Virus record (IMG/VR): IMGVR_UViG_3300006105_001031
Location: 1-64,000 of that record
Length of the DNA stretch: 64,000 nt
Origin: an uncultured virus (IMG/VR IMGVR_UViG_3300006105_001031)
Lineage: Duplodnaviria > Heunggongvirae > Uroviricota > Caudoviricetes
Direction: 5' to 3' (one strand)
Position 1 is the stretch's first letter; each line of letters starts with the position of its first letter. This document shows positions 21,334-30,980 of this stretch, one piece after another. The position numbers were made by a program, and so were the translations under genes. The notes below the pieces were generated by a model. That model ran no database searches, was not told the origin of the DNA, and was given only the letters and a program-made list of their open reading frames with translations.

Positions 21334-22257
21334 ATGACAGATGTCGATTTTAAAGTACGCAACGGACTTATTGTTAATACAAACCTAATTTTTGCTGCTG
21401 GTGGATCAGGCCAAGTAGGAATAAACACAAATTCAGTAGATAGTGGTGTCGCGTTCAAAATTAATGGAGCGGCAAATATAACTGGAAGCTTTACTCTTGG
21501 ATCAACATTGGTTGCTAATGGAAGTAACGGTTCACAAGGATATGTACTGTATTCCAATGGATCTACAGGATCTCCTTATTGGGGAGCTATAACAGGCCCA
21601 ACCAATTATACGTTTAGCACAGGATTAACAAACAGTTCCGGTACAATAACTGTTAATCCTTCTTACATTGCAACAATATCAGCGAATTCGGCGTCTTATC
21701 TTGGAACAACACCTGCTTCTGCAGTGATTAACGCAACAACACTAGCATCTTATGGGTATGTAAATAGCACATCAGGAACAGCTGCCGCAGCAAATAATGC
21801 AACATATCTTGGTACAGCCCCAGCATCATCTTACGTAAACACAACAGCAAATTACACAATTGCAGGAAACTTAAATTTCACAGGAACAGGAAGTACAATA
21901 AATTACGGAGCTGGTGCATTTTCTATTGGTTATCGCGATATTCCACAGAATATTCAAAATAGCAATTATACAACTGTATTAACAGATGCAGGTGGTCATA
22001 TTTTTAATGCATCAAACTCAGCTTCTTTAACATATACTGTTGCAAATAACTTAAATGCAGCATATTCAAATGGAGCTGCTATTACGATAATTAATGGAAA
22101 CACAGGAATAATAACAATAGCAGGAGGAACTGGTGTTTCTCTTCAGTTATCAGGAACAACAACAACAGGAAATAGAACATTATCTCCTGGCGCTGTTGCT
22201 ACATGTATACGTGTTGCTGCGGATAGATGGTTTGTTGGTGGTTCTGGGATATCATAA
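21334..22257 (+). CDS. Fibre/virion structural protein
   Basis: DFKVRNGL N-terminus; NGSNGSQGYVLYSNG; C-terminal IGYRDIPQNIQNSNYT..DAG..WFVGGSG domain. Confidence 0.65.
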   Translation: MTDVDFKVRNGLIVNTNLIFAAGGSGQVGINTNSVDSGVAFKINGAANITGSFTLGSTLVANGSNGSQGYVLYSNGSTGSPYWGAITGPTNYTFSTGLTNSSGTITVNPSYIATISANSASYLGTTPASAVINATTLASYGYVNSTSGTAAAANNATYLGTAPASSYVNTTANYTIAGNLNFTGTGSTINYGAGAFSIGYRDIPQNIQNSNYTTVLTDAGGHIFNASNSASLTYTVANNLNAAYSNGAAITIINGNTGIITIAGGTGVSLQLSGTTTTGNRTLSPGAVATCIRVAADRWFVGGSGIS

Positions 22258-22258
22258 T

Positions 22259-22936
22259 ATGAGTGGTATTCAAATGGTTGTTTTGTCTGGAGCTGTTCCT
22301 TTTAAAGCAGGGTCGCAGGTATTTACATCAAACTCATCATTTACTGTTCCGTTTGGATACACAACTCTGACAATTGAAGTTTGGGGTGCTGGGGGATCAG
22401 GAGGAGATCCGATAAATTCCGGAACTTCAGGCGGATATTCTTCTGTAACAGGAAGCGGTTTATCTGCAATGACTTCTGGTGGAGGAAGCGGCGGTTCTAT
22501 AGGATCTACAAATTCTCCTGTTCCTGGAGGAAATGGAGGAACTTCTTCTGGAGGAACAACATTAAATACAACAGGTAATGCAGGCGGTAATGGTGATGGT
22601 GCTGGTGCTGTTGGTGGATCCGGCGGAAACGGTATAACAGGTTCAGTTGCTGGAGGAACAGGAGGAGCTGGGGCATATGCTGGATTGGGGTTTGCTTCTG
22701 GGTTACCCGGAACAGTCCCAGGAGCAGGCGGTGGTGGCGGATCAAGATATAACGAGCCACACGGTACTCCTGTTGGCAGCGCAGGTGGCGGTGGAGGTGG
22801 AGGTGGATATACCAAAACAATCACGAATACAGTTACTCCAGGAACTAGTTTAAGTATTATTGTTGGTATAGGAGCAACAGGAACAAACTATCAGGGTTCT
22901 GGGGCAAACGGACAAGTTATTATTACATACGCATAA
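22259..22936 (+). CDS. Glycine-rich virion/fibre-associated protein
   Basis: Start re-assigned to ATG 22259, just after the upstream stop; FTVP.G..IEVWGAGGSGG..GGGGGGGY..PGTSLSIIVG..GANGQVIITY. Confidence 0.7.
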   Translation: MSGIQMVVLSGAVPFKAGSQVFTSNSSFTVPFGYTTLTIEVWGAGGSGGDPINSGTSGGYSSVTGSGLSAMTSGGGSGGSIGSTNSPVPGGNGGTSSGGTTLNTTGNAGGNGDGAGAVGGSGGNGITGSVAGGTGGAGAYAGLGFASGLPGTVPGAGGGGGSRYNEPHGTPVGSAGGGGGGGGYTKTITNTVTPGTSLSIIVGIGATGTNYQGSGANGQVIITYA

Positions 22937-22940
22937 GTAG

Positions 22941-22948
22941 TATAAATA
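22941..22948 (+). promoter_or_regulatory. T4-type late promoter TATAAATA
   Basis: Exact consensus 19 nt upstream of gp13. Confidence 0.85.
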
Positions 22949-22967
22949 TAAAAAAGGACATACGAGT

Positions 22968-23708
22968 ATGGCAGTACCAACAGATAGACCATCGTTTGTA
23001 GAATATTGTCTACGTAGACTTGGTAAACCAGTTATAGAAATCAACGTAGATGACGATCAAGTTGATGATCGCGTTGATGATGCTCTAAAATACTTTTGGG
23101 ACTATCATTATGATGGTACTGATAAAACATATTACAAATATCAGGTCACTGCTCAAGATAAAGTCAATAGATACATCACAATGCCAGATAATATCATCGG
23201 TGTTGTTAACATCTATCCTATTGGGCAAAATTTGTCAACAAACAATTTGTTCAATATTCGTTATCAGATCGCATTAAACGATTTGTATGACCTTACTGCA
23301 ACAACTATGGTCCCATATTATCTGGCCATGCAAAACATTCAATTCCTAGAACAAATGTTGGTCGGACAACAGCCTTTACGATATAACCGCCATAGTAGTA
23401 TTTTGTATGTTGATATGGACTGGACAGCAATTAATGTGGGCGAGTATATGATAATTGAAGCGTATCAAGTAATTGATCCTAATGTATACTCAAAGGCGTG
23501 GGGCGACCGTTGGCTTTGTCGTTATGCTACTGCTCTTATCAAAAAGCAGTGGGGTGAAAATCTAATTAAATATCGTGATGTTGCTCTTCCTGGCGGAATG
23601 AAGTTTAATGCTGAAAAGATCTATGATGAAGCCACTAAAGAAATTGATGCATTAGAGCACGAAATGATTAACGATTACAGCCTGCCGCTGGCAGATATGA
23701 TTGGGTAA
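22968..23708 (+). CDS. gp13: Neck protein gp13
   Basis: YCLRRLGKPVIEINVDDDQVDDRVDDAL; YATALIKKQWGENL. Confidence 0.93.
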   Translation: MAVPTDRPSFVEYCLRRLGKPVIEINVDDDQVDDRVDDALKYFWDYHYDGTDKTYYKYQVTAQDKVNRYITMPDNIIGVVNIYPIGQNLSTNNLFNIRYQIALNDLYDLTATTMVPYYLAMQNIQFLEQMLVGQQPLRYNRHSSILYVDMDWTAINVGEYMIIEAYQVIDPNVYSKAWGDRWLCRYATALIKKQWGENLIKYRDVALPGGMKFNAEKIYDEATKEIDALEHEMINDYSLPLADMIG

Positions 23709-23712
23709 TTCT

Positions 23713-24303
23713 ATGAGATCATTTAAACAATTCCTTAGTGAAGAAGAAACGAAACAATATAAAGCTCATTATAGAAAAGGGTCTTTACACTCTATACATG
23801 ATGATGACGATGGAGATCATATGTATTTGTATCATGGAGCATCTGAAGAGCATAGAGATAGTATAAAAAAACATGGCATTGTTCGTCCAGATCCAACAAC
23901 AGGAATGGTTTCACATGCGTTTGACCCAAATACAGCAAAGGCTTATGCTTATACAGAAGAAGGCCAAGCAAAGGCAGGAAAAAGGAAAAAAGTAAGCCGT
24001 CTTCCAGATGAAAAAAGAGATATTCATGTGATGAAAGTGCCTAAACATCTTGTACGAAAGGCGTTAGAAGATACTAATTTTGCAGGAAATGAAAATAAAA
24101 CTGTTGGGTTGACTCCAAGACAAAATCTGAAAAATAAAAAAAGATTTGACCAACAAAAAAGCGACTTTATGTCAAACAAAAGAAATGCAACACACCCATA
24201 TGCATCAGCAGAAGTCAGATTAACACCAGAACAATCTGCAGAATGGCATAAGAAATATTATTTGGGCCACATTAAAATGAAAAAACCTGCTGATGCCAAC
24301 TAA
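23713..24303 (+). CDS. Putative head-packaged ADP-ribosyltransferase-fold protein
   Basis: Likely start ATG 23713 (MRSFKQFLSEE, capsid-targeting-like); LYHGAS..SIKKHGI..VSHAFDPNTAKAYA..AEVRL resembles H-Y-E ART/Tpt1-like motifs. Confidence 0.5.
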   Translation: MRSFKQFLSEEETKQYKAHYRKGSLHSIHDDDDGDHMYLYHGASEEHRDSIKKHGIVRPDPTTGMVSHAFDPNTAKAYAYTEEGQAKAGKRKKVSRLPDEKRDIHVMKVPKHLVRKALEDTNFAGNENKTVGLTPRQNLKNKKRFDQQKSDFMSNKRNATHPYASAEVRLTPEQSAEWHKKYYLGHIKMKKPADAN

Positions 24304-25027
24304 TCCATTCTTTAACCTTTACGGATTCAACGGAGAACAAAACCTCCTTAATGATCTCGCTACAGAGATGATTAAGATGCATGGTATTGACGTATATTAT
24401 ATGCCAAGAACTCATGTAAACTTGGATGAGTTGTTTGGTGAAGATTCTTCTTCTAAGTTTGACAATGCAATACAGATTGAAATGTATCTTAAAGATTATG
24501 CTGGATTCGGTGGTGATGGTGATCTGATGTCTAAATTTGGGCTAATGGTTGGTGATACACTTACTATGTGTGTTGCTCGTCGTAGATTTGATGAAGAAGT
24601 TGGAAGACAGTATAATTTCGCTCGTCCGCGCGAAGGTGATCTGTTGTATTTCCCATTCACAACAGGGATTTTTGAAATCAAGTTTGTAGAACACGAGTCA
24701 ACTTTCTATCAAACTGGTGCTCTACAGCACTATGAATTGCGTTGCGAGAAATTCAACTACAGCAGCGAAACTTTCGATACTGGTGTCGATGTCATTGACC
24801 AAGTCTCAAACAATTATTCACAAAAGGCAACTGGTGGATCAATAGATACCGAATCAAATACCGGCATTACTTCTGAAGCATCTGAACCATTTGTAACAGA
24901 AAACTTCGGATCAAATCAACCAGACAATCCATTGTTTGGACAAGAGAATGAATTCTTCCAAAACACAGCAAGCGGCTTTATTGATTTCTCGATTAAAGAT
25001 CCGTTTAGTGAAGGAGGAACTTTCTAA
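24293..25027 (+). CDS. gp14: Neck/head completion protein gp14
   Basis: EQNLLNDL..EMIKMHG.DVYYMPR; RPREGDLLYFP..FEIKFVEHE..FYQ. Confidence 0.93.
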   Translation: MPTNPFFNLYGFNGEQNLLNDLATEMIKMHGIDVYYMPRTHVNLDELFGEDSSSKFDNAIQIEMYLKDYAGFGGDGDLMSKFGLMVGDTLTMCVARRRFDEEVGRQYNFARPREGDLLYFPFTTGIFEIKFVEHESTFYQTGALQHYELRCEKFNYSSETFDTGVDVIDQVSNNYSQKATGGSIDTESNTGITSEASEPFVTENFGSNQPDNPLFGQENEFFQNTASGFIDFSIKDPFSEGGTF

Positions 25028-25836
25028 TGTTTGGATATACGTACTATTTTGGCACAATAAGAAAATACATCGTCCTATTTGGTACGCTGTTTAATGACAT
25101 CACTGTTCAGAGATTTGATTCCTCAGGAAATCTTCTTAATGAAATAAATGTTCCTATTGCCTATGGACCTAGAGAAAGATATCTCACACGCATAGAACAG
25201 AATCCTGATCTGTTGAGACAAATTGATACTATTCTTCCTAGAATTTCGTTTGAAATTAAAAGTTTTAGATATGCTGAAGAGAGAAAACTAACATCAATCT
25301 CAAGAAATAAAAATCTTTCTGGAGATGCATCAACATTTTTGACACAGTTTAATCCTGTGCCTTACGATTTTGATATTACTATGTCAGTAATGACCAGAAA
25401 TGCTGATGATGGAACACAGATAATTGAACAAATTTTGCCATTCTTTAAACCAGAGTGGACAGCAACTATAAACATAATCCCTGAAATGAATATCTCAATG
25501 GATATTCCTGTTGTTATTAAATCTGTTAGCATGGAAGATAATTATGAAAACGGGTTTGAAAATAGAAGAGCGATTGTATGGACTTTAGAATTTACTCTTA
25601 AAGGTTATCTATACGGTCCAACGAGTAAGGGTGGTGTCATCACACAGGCTATTACTAATCTTTATGATGATACAATTGTAACTTCTAACACAACTCCTGT
25701 ATTCACTTCTACAATAACTCCAGGACAACTTGCTAACGGTACTCCAACAACCAATGCATCACTATCGATTGCAAGAAATCTAATACAAGCTAATTCAAAT
25801 TATGGATTCATTTATGACTTTACGGAAAACTTATAA
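25027..25836 (+). CDS. gp15: Tail sheath stabiliser/terminator gp15
   Basis: IRKYIVLFGTLFNDI; VPIAYGP; PVPYDF; QIIEQILPFFKP. Confidence 0.93.
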   Translation: MFGYTYYFGTIRKYIVLFGTLFNDITVQRFDSSGNLLNEINVPIAYGPRERYLTRIEQNPDLLRQIDTILPRISFEIKSFRYAEERKLTSISRNKNLSGDASTFLTQFNPVPYDFDITMSVMTRNADDGTQIIEQILPFFKPEWTATINIIPEMNISMDIPVVIKSVSMEDNYENGFENRRAIVWTLEFTLKGYLYGPTSKGGVITQAITNLYDDTIVTSNTTPVFTSTITPGQLANGTPTTNASLSIARNLIQANSNYGFIYDFTENL

Positions 25837-26249
25837 TGGCAAACACTGAAAACATAAGCAAAATTCTAAATGTATCACCGCTTCCTGCGAAAATTGAAAA
25901 AGAAATCGTAGAAACTCCTGAAGCAACAGGAAATGCAGCGGTTGATGATTTTAATTATGCAAGAGAAAATCTTAGAAGCATCATTGAAGATGGTGCTGAG
26001 GCTCTGGGCGATATGATTGATTTTGCTACGCAGACACAACATCCTCGCGCGTATGAGGTAGTGGCTACTATGATGAAAGAATTAGTGAGCGCAAACAAAG
26101 AGCTTCTTGCATTAAGTAAGCAAATTAAAGAAATTGAAAAGCAAGCACCAGCTGCATCACCAAACAATCCAGGAACGGTAAATAACAATCTGTTTGTCGG
26201 AAGTACTGCGGCGTTACAGAAATTATTGAAAGGCGAGATAGGTGAATAA
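25836..26249 (+). CDS. gp16: Terminase small subunit gp16
   Basis: DFNYARENL; HPRAYEV; NNNLFVGSTAALQKLL. Confidence 0.92.
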   Translation: MANTENISKILNVSPLPAKIEKEIVETPEATGNAAVDDFNYARENLRSIIEDGAEALGDMIDFATQTQHPRAYEVVATMMKELVSANKELLALSKQIKEIEKQAPAASPNNPGTVNNNLFVGSTAALQKLLKGEIGE

Positions 26250-27916
26250 TGACAGCAAATTCTTCGAGCAATTCTGTTAATGCAGTAATTCATGGTTATA
26301 CAGGGTATCAAGGAAATTCAAACCTAAAAAGAACTAATGTTTCTGTTGAGTGGACTCCAGAATTAGTTAAAGAATACATCAAGTGTTCTCAAGATGTAAC
26401 CTACTTTATTGAAACATACATGAAAATCATCAATGTCGATGAAGGTCTAGTGCCGTTCAAGATGTATGATTTCCAGAAAGAAATGGTCGAAAGTATGGCA
26501 GACAATCGCCATACTATCATCACAACTGCTCGTCAGGTCGGCAAGTCAACAACAACCTGCGGATTTATTCTTTGGTACATATTGTTCCACCCTGAAAAGA
26601 ACGTGGCTATTCTCGCCAACAAAGCTGAAACTGCTCAGGAAATTCTTGGCAAAGTTCAGTTAGCGTATGAGCATCTACCAAAATGGCTACAACAGGGTGT
26701 TATTGAATGGAACAAAAGATCTTTCCAATTAGAAAATAATTCTCGTGTTATCGCATCTGCTACGTCAGCCTCAGCGATTCGTGGTTACGCAATCAACCTT
26801 CTATTCATCGACGAAGCTGCGTTCATTGAAAACTGGGAAGAATTCTTCACATCAGTTTTCCCTACTATTTCATCAGGTAAAACAACTAAGATCGTTCTAG
26901 TTTCTACGCCTAATGGTCTCAATCACTTTTACAAACTTTGGGCAGAAGCGCAAAACGGCAAAAATGATTACAACGCTATTGAAGTTCATTGGTCTAGAGT
27001 TCCTGGAAGAGATGAAGAGTGGAGAAGATCAACCCTTGCAGGTATGGGTGGTGATCAGGAAAAGTTTGACCAAGAATATAATGTTCAGTTCTTGGGAAGT
27101 TCTGGTACGCTTATTTCGGGATGGAAATTAAAAGAGCTTGTTCCGCAATATCCGTTGATGTCAAAGGATGGGTTGAATCAATACAAACAGCCTGAAGAAA
27201 ATCATATTTACGCTGTTGTTGCAGATACGTCAAGAGGTAAAGGTCTAGACTATTCAGCTTTCCAAATTGTTGATGTAACGTCTCTGCCGTATCAGCAAGT
27301 ATGTACATACAGAAACAATATGATAACTCCTATTGAATATTCTAAGACTTTATACAATATCTGTAAAGTATACAACAATGCAGCTTTGCTTGTTGAAATA
27401 AACGATATTGGTGGACAAGTTGCAGATAACGTGTTGTATGAATATGGATACGATAATATTTTGTACACAGCTCATGACGGTAGAGCGGGCGGGAAAAAAG
27501 TAACATTAGGTTACGGTCGTGGCGCAGAAAGAGGCATTAGAACAACAAAAACAGTTAAGTCTGTTGGATGTTCTATGCTGAAATTATTAGTAGAACAAAA
27601 TCAATTTATTGTGAACGATTTTGATACAATTAGAGAATTATCTACGTTTTCTAAAAAAGGAAACTCTTATGAAGCAGAACCTGGAGCGCATGACGACTTA
27701 GTTATGTGTTTGGTATTGTTTTCTTGGTTTACTGACCAGAATTTCTTCAAAGAGTATTCAGACATAAATACAATTACGAAATTAAGAGATAGAACAGAAG
27801 AAGAAATTATGGAAGATCTTCTGCCTTTTGGTGTTTTTGATGATGGTAGTCCTGATGAGGAAGTGGTGTATACTGTTGAAGATAGGAACTATGCAGACTG
27901 GATCAGCCTTTTCTAA
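26249..27916 (+). CDS. gp17: Terminase large subunit gp17
   Basis: Walker A ARQVGKST; Walker B LFIDEAAF; VSTPNG; DTSRGKGLDYSAF; HDDLVM. Confidence 0.96.
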   Translation: MTANSSSNSVNAVIHGYTGYQGNSNLKRTNVSVEWTPELVKEYIKCSQDVTYFIETYMKIINVDEGLVPFKMYDFQKEMVESMADNRHTIITTARQVGKSTTTCGFILWYILFHPEKNVAILANKAETAQEILGKVQLAYEHLPKWLQQGVIEWNKRSFQLENNSRVIASATSASAIRGYAINLLFIDEAAFIENWEEFFTSVFPTISSGKTTKIVLVSTPNGLNHFYKLWAEAQNGKNDYNAIEVHWSRVPGRDEEWRRSTLAGMGGDQEKFDQEYNVQFLGSSGTLISGWKLKELVPQYPLMSKDGLNQYKQPEENHIYAVVADTSRGKGLDYSAFQIVDVTSLPYQQVCTYRNNMITPIEYSKTLYNICKVYNNAALLVEINDIGGQVADNVLYEYGYDNILYTAHDGRAGGKKVTLGYGRGAERGIRTTKTVKSVGCSMLKLLVEQNQFIVNDFDTIRELSTFSKKGNSYEAEPGAHDDLVMCLVLFSWFTDQNFFKEYSDINTITKLRDRTEEEIMEDLLPFGVFDDGSPDEEVVYTVEDRNYADWISLF

Positions 27917-27927
27917 TTCCTGAATTT

Positions 27928-27935
27928 TATAAATA
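27928..27935 (+). promoter_or_regulatory. T4-type late promoter TATAAATA
   Basis: Exact consensus in the intergenic gap before gp18. Confidence 0.85.
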
Positions 27936-27966
27936 TAACAAAATAAGACCTCAATAGGAGACAAAA

Positions 27967-30363
27967 ATGGCATTCAGCATAAGCCCAGGTGTAACAGTAA
28001 GCGAAATTGACCTAACTACCGTTGTTCCTGCAGTAGCTACTACAACAGGAGCTATCGCGGGTCTATTTCGTTGGGGTCCGGTTCTATCTCCAGTTCTAAT
28101 TGGAACAGAGTCGCAATTAGTTAATACTTTTGGTAAACCATCAAACCTAAACCCAGAAACATTCTTCACAGCCGCAAACTTCCTTGCATACGGCAACGCT
28201 CTATATGTTGGCCGCGCTGCAAGCAACGGCACATCAGCTGCAGTAACAGCAACAAGCAATAGCGCAGCAAATAGCATTACATTGCCGCTTACAACTGCTA
28301 TTAACGTTGGCGATATCGTATATTCGTCTATTGTTCCTGCGAATACTCAGGTTTCAACAGTATCGTCTAACTCCACTACTTCTGTTGTTACTCTAACACA
28401 AAATATCACTGCTAACGCATCAGCAGTAAGTTTCCTTTTTGCTAACGCAACTGCTCCATTCACTGCTATTGCGAACACAGCTGCTATCTCGAACCCACTA
28501 GGTTCATATATTCTTAACAACAGAGCAGCGTATGATGCTGCTGTTCAGAATAAAACTTATCCACTTTCTAACGATACCAACAAAGTGCCATTTATCGCTA
28601 AGTATCCAGGCGCTCTTGGTAGCTCGCTGCTTGTTTCTGTTTGCGCTGGTTCTCAGCAATATTCTTCGAATATCGCAAACTCAACTGTAACAGCAAACGC
28701 AATTATGTCTGGCTTTGCTTCTATCGGAAGCAATACTCTAACACTGTACTTCACATCAAACGTAGCACCAACCTTTACTGGAACAGGTTCGGCTACTGTT
28801 GGTAATAGTACTGTTGCTTGGACTGTATCAAATGCAACTGCACAAAGCACTGCAAACAGCTCGATCGCAATCGGCGACATTATTGCTCTAGGTAATACTA
28901 CAATTGGTACTCAATACGTCCAAGTTACTGGAAAGACAACCAACACAATCAGTCTTGGTAACACAACGGTAAACGCTTCAATTGCTGCTATTACTCTGAA
29001 CCTTGCAACAAACTATAACCTATCGACAAATACCATTATCGATACATCAGCAAACAACGCTGGTTCAAATCCTAATGCTACTCGTTATTGGCAGTTCTTC
29101 AATAACGTAAATGGCGCTCCTGGTACTTCTATCTACCAGTCAACATATGGTGCTGCTTTCGGTACTGCATCGGTACAGGACGAAGTTCATGTTGTTGTTC
29201 AAGATGCTTATGGATACTTCACAGGCATTCCAGGAACAGTTCTTGAGACTTTCCAAAATCTGTCAAGAAACACTGATGCCAAAACAACGGATGGAGCTAC
29301 TCTATATTACAGATCGGTAATCAACGATAACTCTGTATATGTTTACAACATCGACGATGTTGCTTCAACAGCTGCTTCGGCAAACACAAGAACTGTTGCG
29401 AGTGTCACTAGCGCATCACCAACAACTATTCAGTTCGCTTATGGTTCAGATGGTGCTGACGAAACAACTGTAGCAACTGCAGCTATTGCTGCTGGATACG
29501 ATCTTTTCAGATCACCAGAAAGTATTGATATTTCTCTGGTTCTTGGCGGAAGAACTGATGCGTCTGCATATATCCCAGGATATATTACAGATAACATCAC
29601 ACAGGCTCGCGGAGATTGCGTGGCGTTCATCTCTCCACGTAAGTCAGACGTTGTAAACCAAGTCGGCCTCGAAGCTGCAAATATTGTAAACTTCAGAAAT
29701 AACGTGTATAATCGTTCTTCGACATATGCAGTTATGGATACAGGTTACAAGTATCAATATGACAAATACAACGACGTATATCGCTATATCCCACTTAACG
29801 GTGACGTTGCTGGTCTATGCGCAAGAACAGATAATACCAACGATCCATGGTGGTCGCCAGCTGGCTACAATCGTGGACAGATCCTGAACACAATCAAACT
29901 TGCTTATAATCCTAAGAAAGCTGATCGTGATCTTCTATATCAAAACGCTGTTAACCCAGTTGTTACATTCCCAGGACAAGGTACAGTTCTGTTCGGCGAT
30001 AAAACTCTTTCGACTAAACCAAGTGCATTCGATAGAATTAACGTTCGCCGTCTATTCATTGTTCTTGAGAAAGCAATTAAAAAGGCTGCTCAATATACTC
30101 TATTCGAGTTCAATGATGACTTCACAAGAACTCAGTTTATCAATCTGATTGATCCATATCTGAGAGATATTCAGGGAAGAAGAGGCATTACAGACTATCG
30201 TATTGTATGTGATACAACCAATAACACTGCACAGATTATCAATAATCAGCAGTTCGTTGGCGATATCTACATCAAACCTGCAAGAGCAATTAACTTCATT
30301 CAGCTGAATTTCGTTGCTGTTAGAACTGGTGTTGACTTCTCGACGATTGTTGGCCAATTCTAA
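27967..30363 (+). CDS. gp18: Tail sheath protein gp18
   Basis: SPGVTVSEIDLT; PWWSPAGYNRG; FDRINVRRLF; FEFNDDFTR; IYIKPARAINFIQLNF. Confidence 0.96.
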   Translation: MAFSISPGVTVSEIDLTTVVPAVATTTGAIAGLFRWGPVLSPVLIGTESQLVNTFGKPSNLNPETFFTAANFLAYGNALYVGRAASNGTSAAVTATSNSAANSITLPLTTAINVGDIVYSSIVPANTQVSTVSSNSTTSVVTLTQNITANASAVSFLFANATAPFTAIANTAAISNPLGSYILNNRAAYDAAVQNKTYPLSNDTNKVPFIAKYPGALGSSLLVSVCAGSQQYSSNIANSTVTANAIMSGFASIGSNTLTLYFTSNVAPTFTGTGSATVGNSTVAWTVSNATAQSTANSSIAIGDIIALGNTTIGTQYVQVTGKTTNTISLGNTTVNASIAAITLNLATNYNLSTNTIIDTSANNAGSNPNATRYWQFFNNVNGAPGTSIYQSTYGAAFGTASVQDEVHVVVQDAYGYFTGIPGTVLETFQNLSRNTDAKTTDGATLYYRSVINDNSVYVYNIDDVASTAASANTRTVASVTSASPTTIQFAYGSDGADETTVATAAIAAGYDLFRSPESIDISLVLGGRTDASAYIPGYITDNITQARGDCVAFISPRKSDVVNQVGLEAANIVNFRNNVYNRSSTYAVMDTGYKYQYDKYNDVYRYIPLNGDVAGLCARTDNTNDPWWSPAGYNRGQILNTIKLAYNPKKADRDLLYQNAVNPVVTFPGQGTVLFGDKTLSTKPSAFDRINVRRLFIVLEKAIKKAAQYTLFEFNDDFTRTQFINLIDPYLRDIQGRRGITDYRIVCDTTNNTAQIINNQQFVGDIYIKPARAINFIQLNFVAVRTGVDFSTIVGQF

Positions 30364-30390
30364 TAAATAGCAAGATAGGAGAATACTACG

Positions 30391-30942
30391 ATGGCATTCA
30401 GTATTGAACAATTTAAAGCTCAATTAGAATTTGGTGGTGCAAGACAGTCACTATTCCAAGTGCAGTTCAGCAACCCAGCAAACTCTATTGCTGACGTAAA
30501 GGTTCCATTCCTTTGCAAAGCAGCATCTCTTCCTTCTTCAAATCTAGGAACTATCCAAGTTCCTTATTTCGGAAGAATGATCAAACTTGCGGGCGATCGC
30601 ACTTTTGACCCTTGGGCAGTAACAATCATCAATGATGAAGACTTCCTGATCCGTAATGCTCTTGAACAATGGACAAATAAGATCAACTCGCTACAAGGAA
30701 ACTTAAGAACCTTTAGCAGCTCTGCTCCTATTCTGTACAAGTCAAACGCTATTGTTACTCAGTTCAGCAAGACAGGTAAGACTCTAAGACAATACACTTT
30801 CCATGGTATTTACCCTGAAAACGTTGCGTCAATTGGTCTTGACTGGAGCGCAACTGACCAGATTGAAGAATTCACTGTTAACTTCAACTACGACTGGTGG
30901 GAAGTAACTAACGGAACTACTGGAAACGCTGGCGGAGCGTAA
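30391..30942 (+). CDS. gp19: Tail tube protein gp19
   Basis: GGARQSLFQV; FLCKAASLP; GRMIKLAGDRTFDPW..TIINDEDF; IEEFTVNF.YDWW. Confidence 0.95.
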   Translation: MAFSIEQFKAQLEFGGARQSLFQVQFSNPANSIADVKVPFLCKAASLPSSNLGTIQVPYFGRMIKLAGDRTFDPWAVTIINDEDFLIRNALEQWTNKINSLQGNLRTFSSSAPILYKSNAIVTQFSKTGKTLRQYTFHGIYPENVASIGLDWSATDQIEEFTVNFNYDWWEVTNGTTGNAGGA

Positions 30943-30980
30943 CATATATAATATAATGATTAATTAAATTGTGAGGTAAC

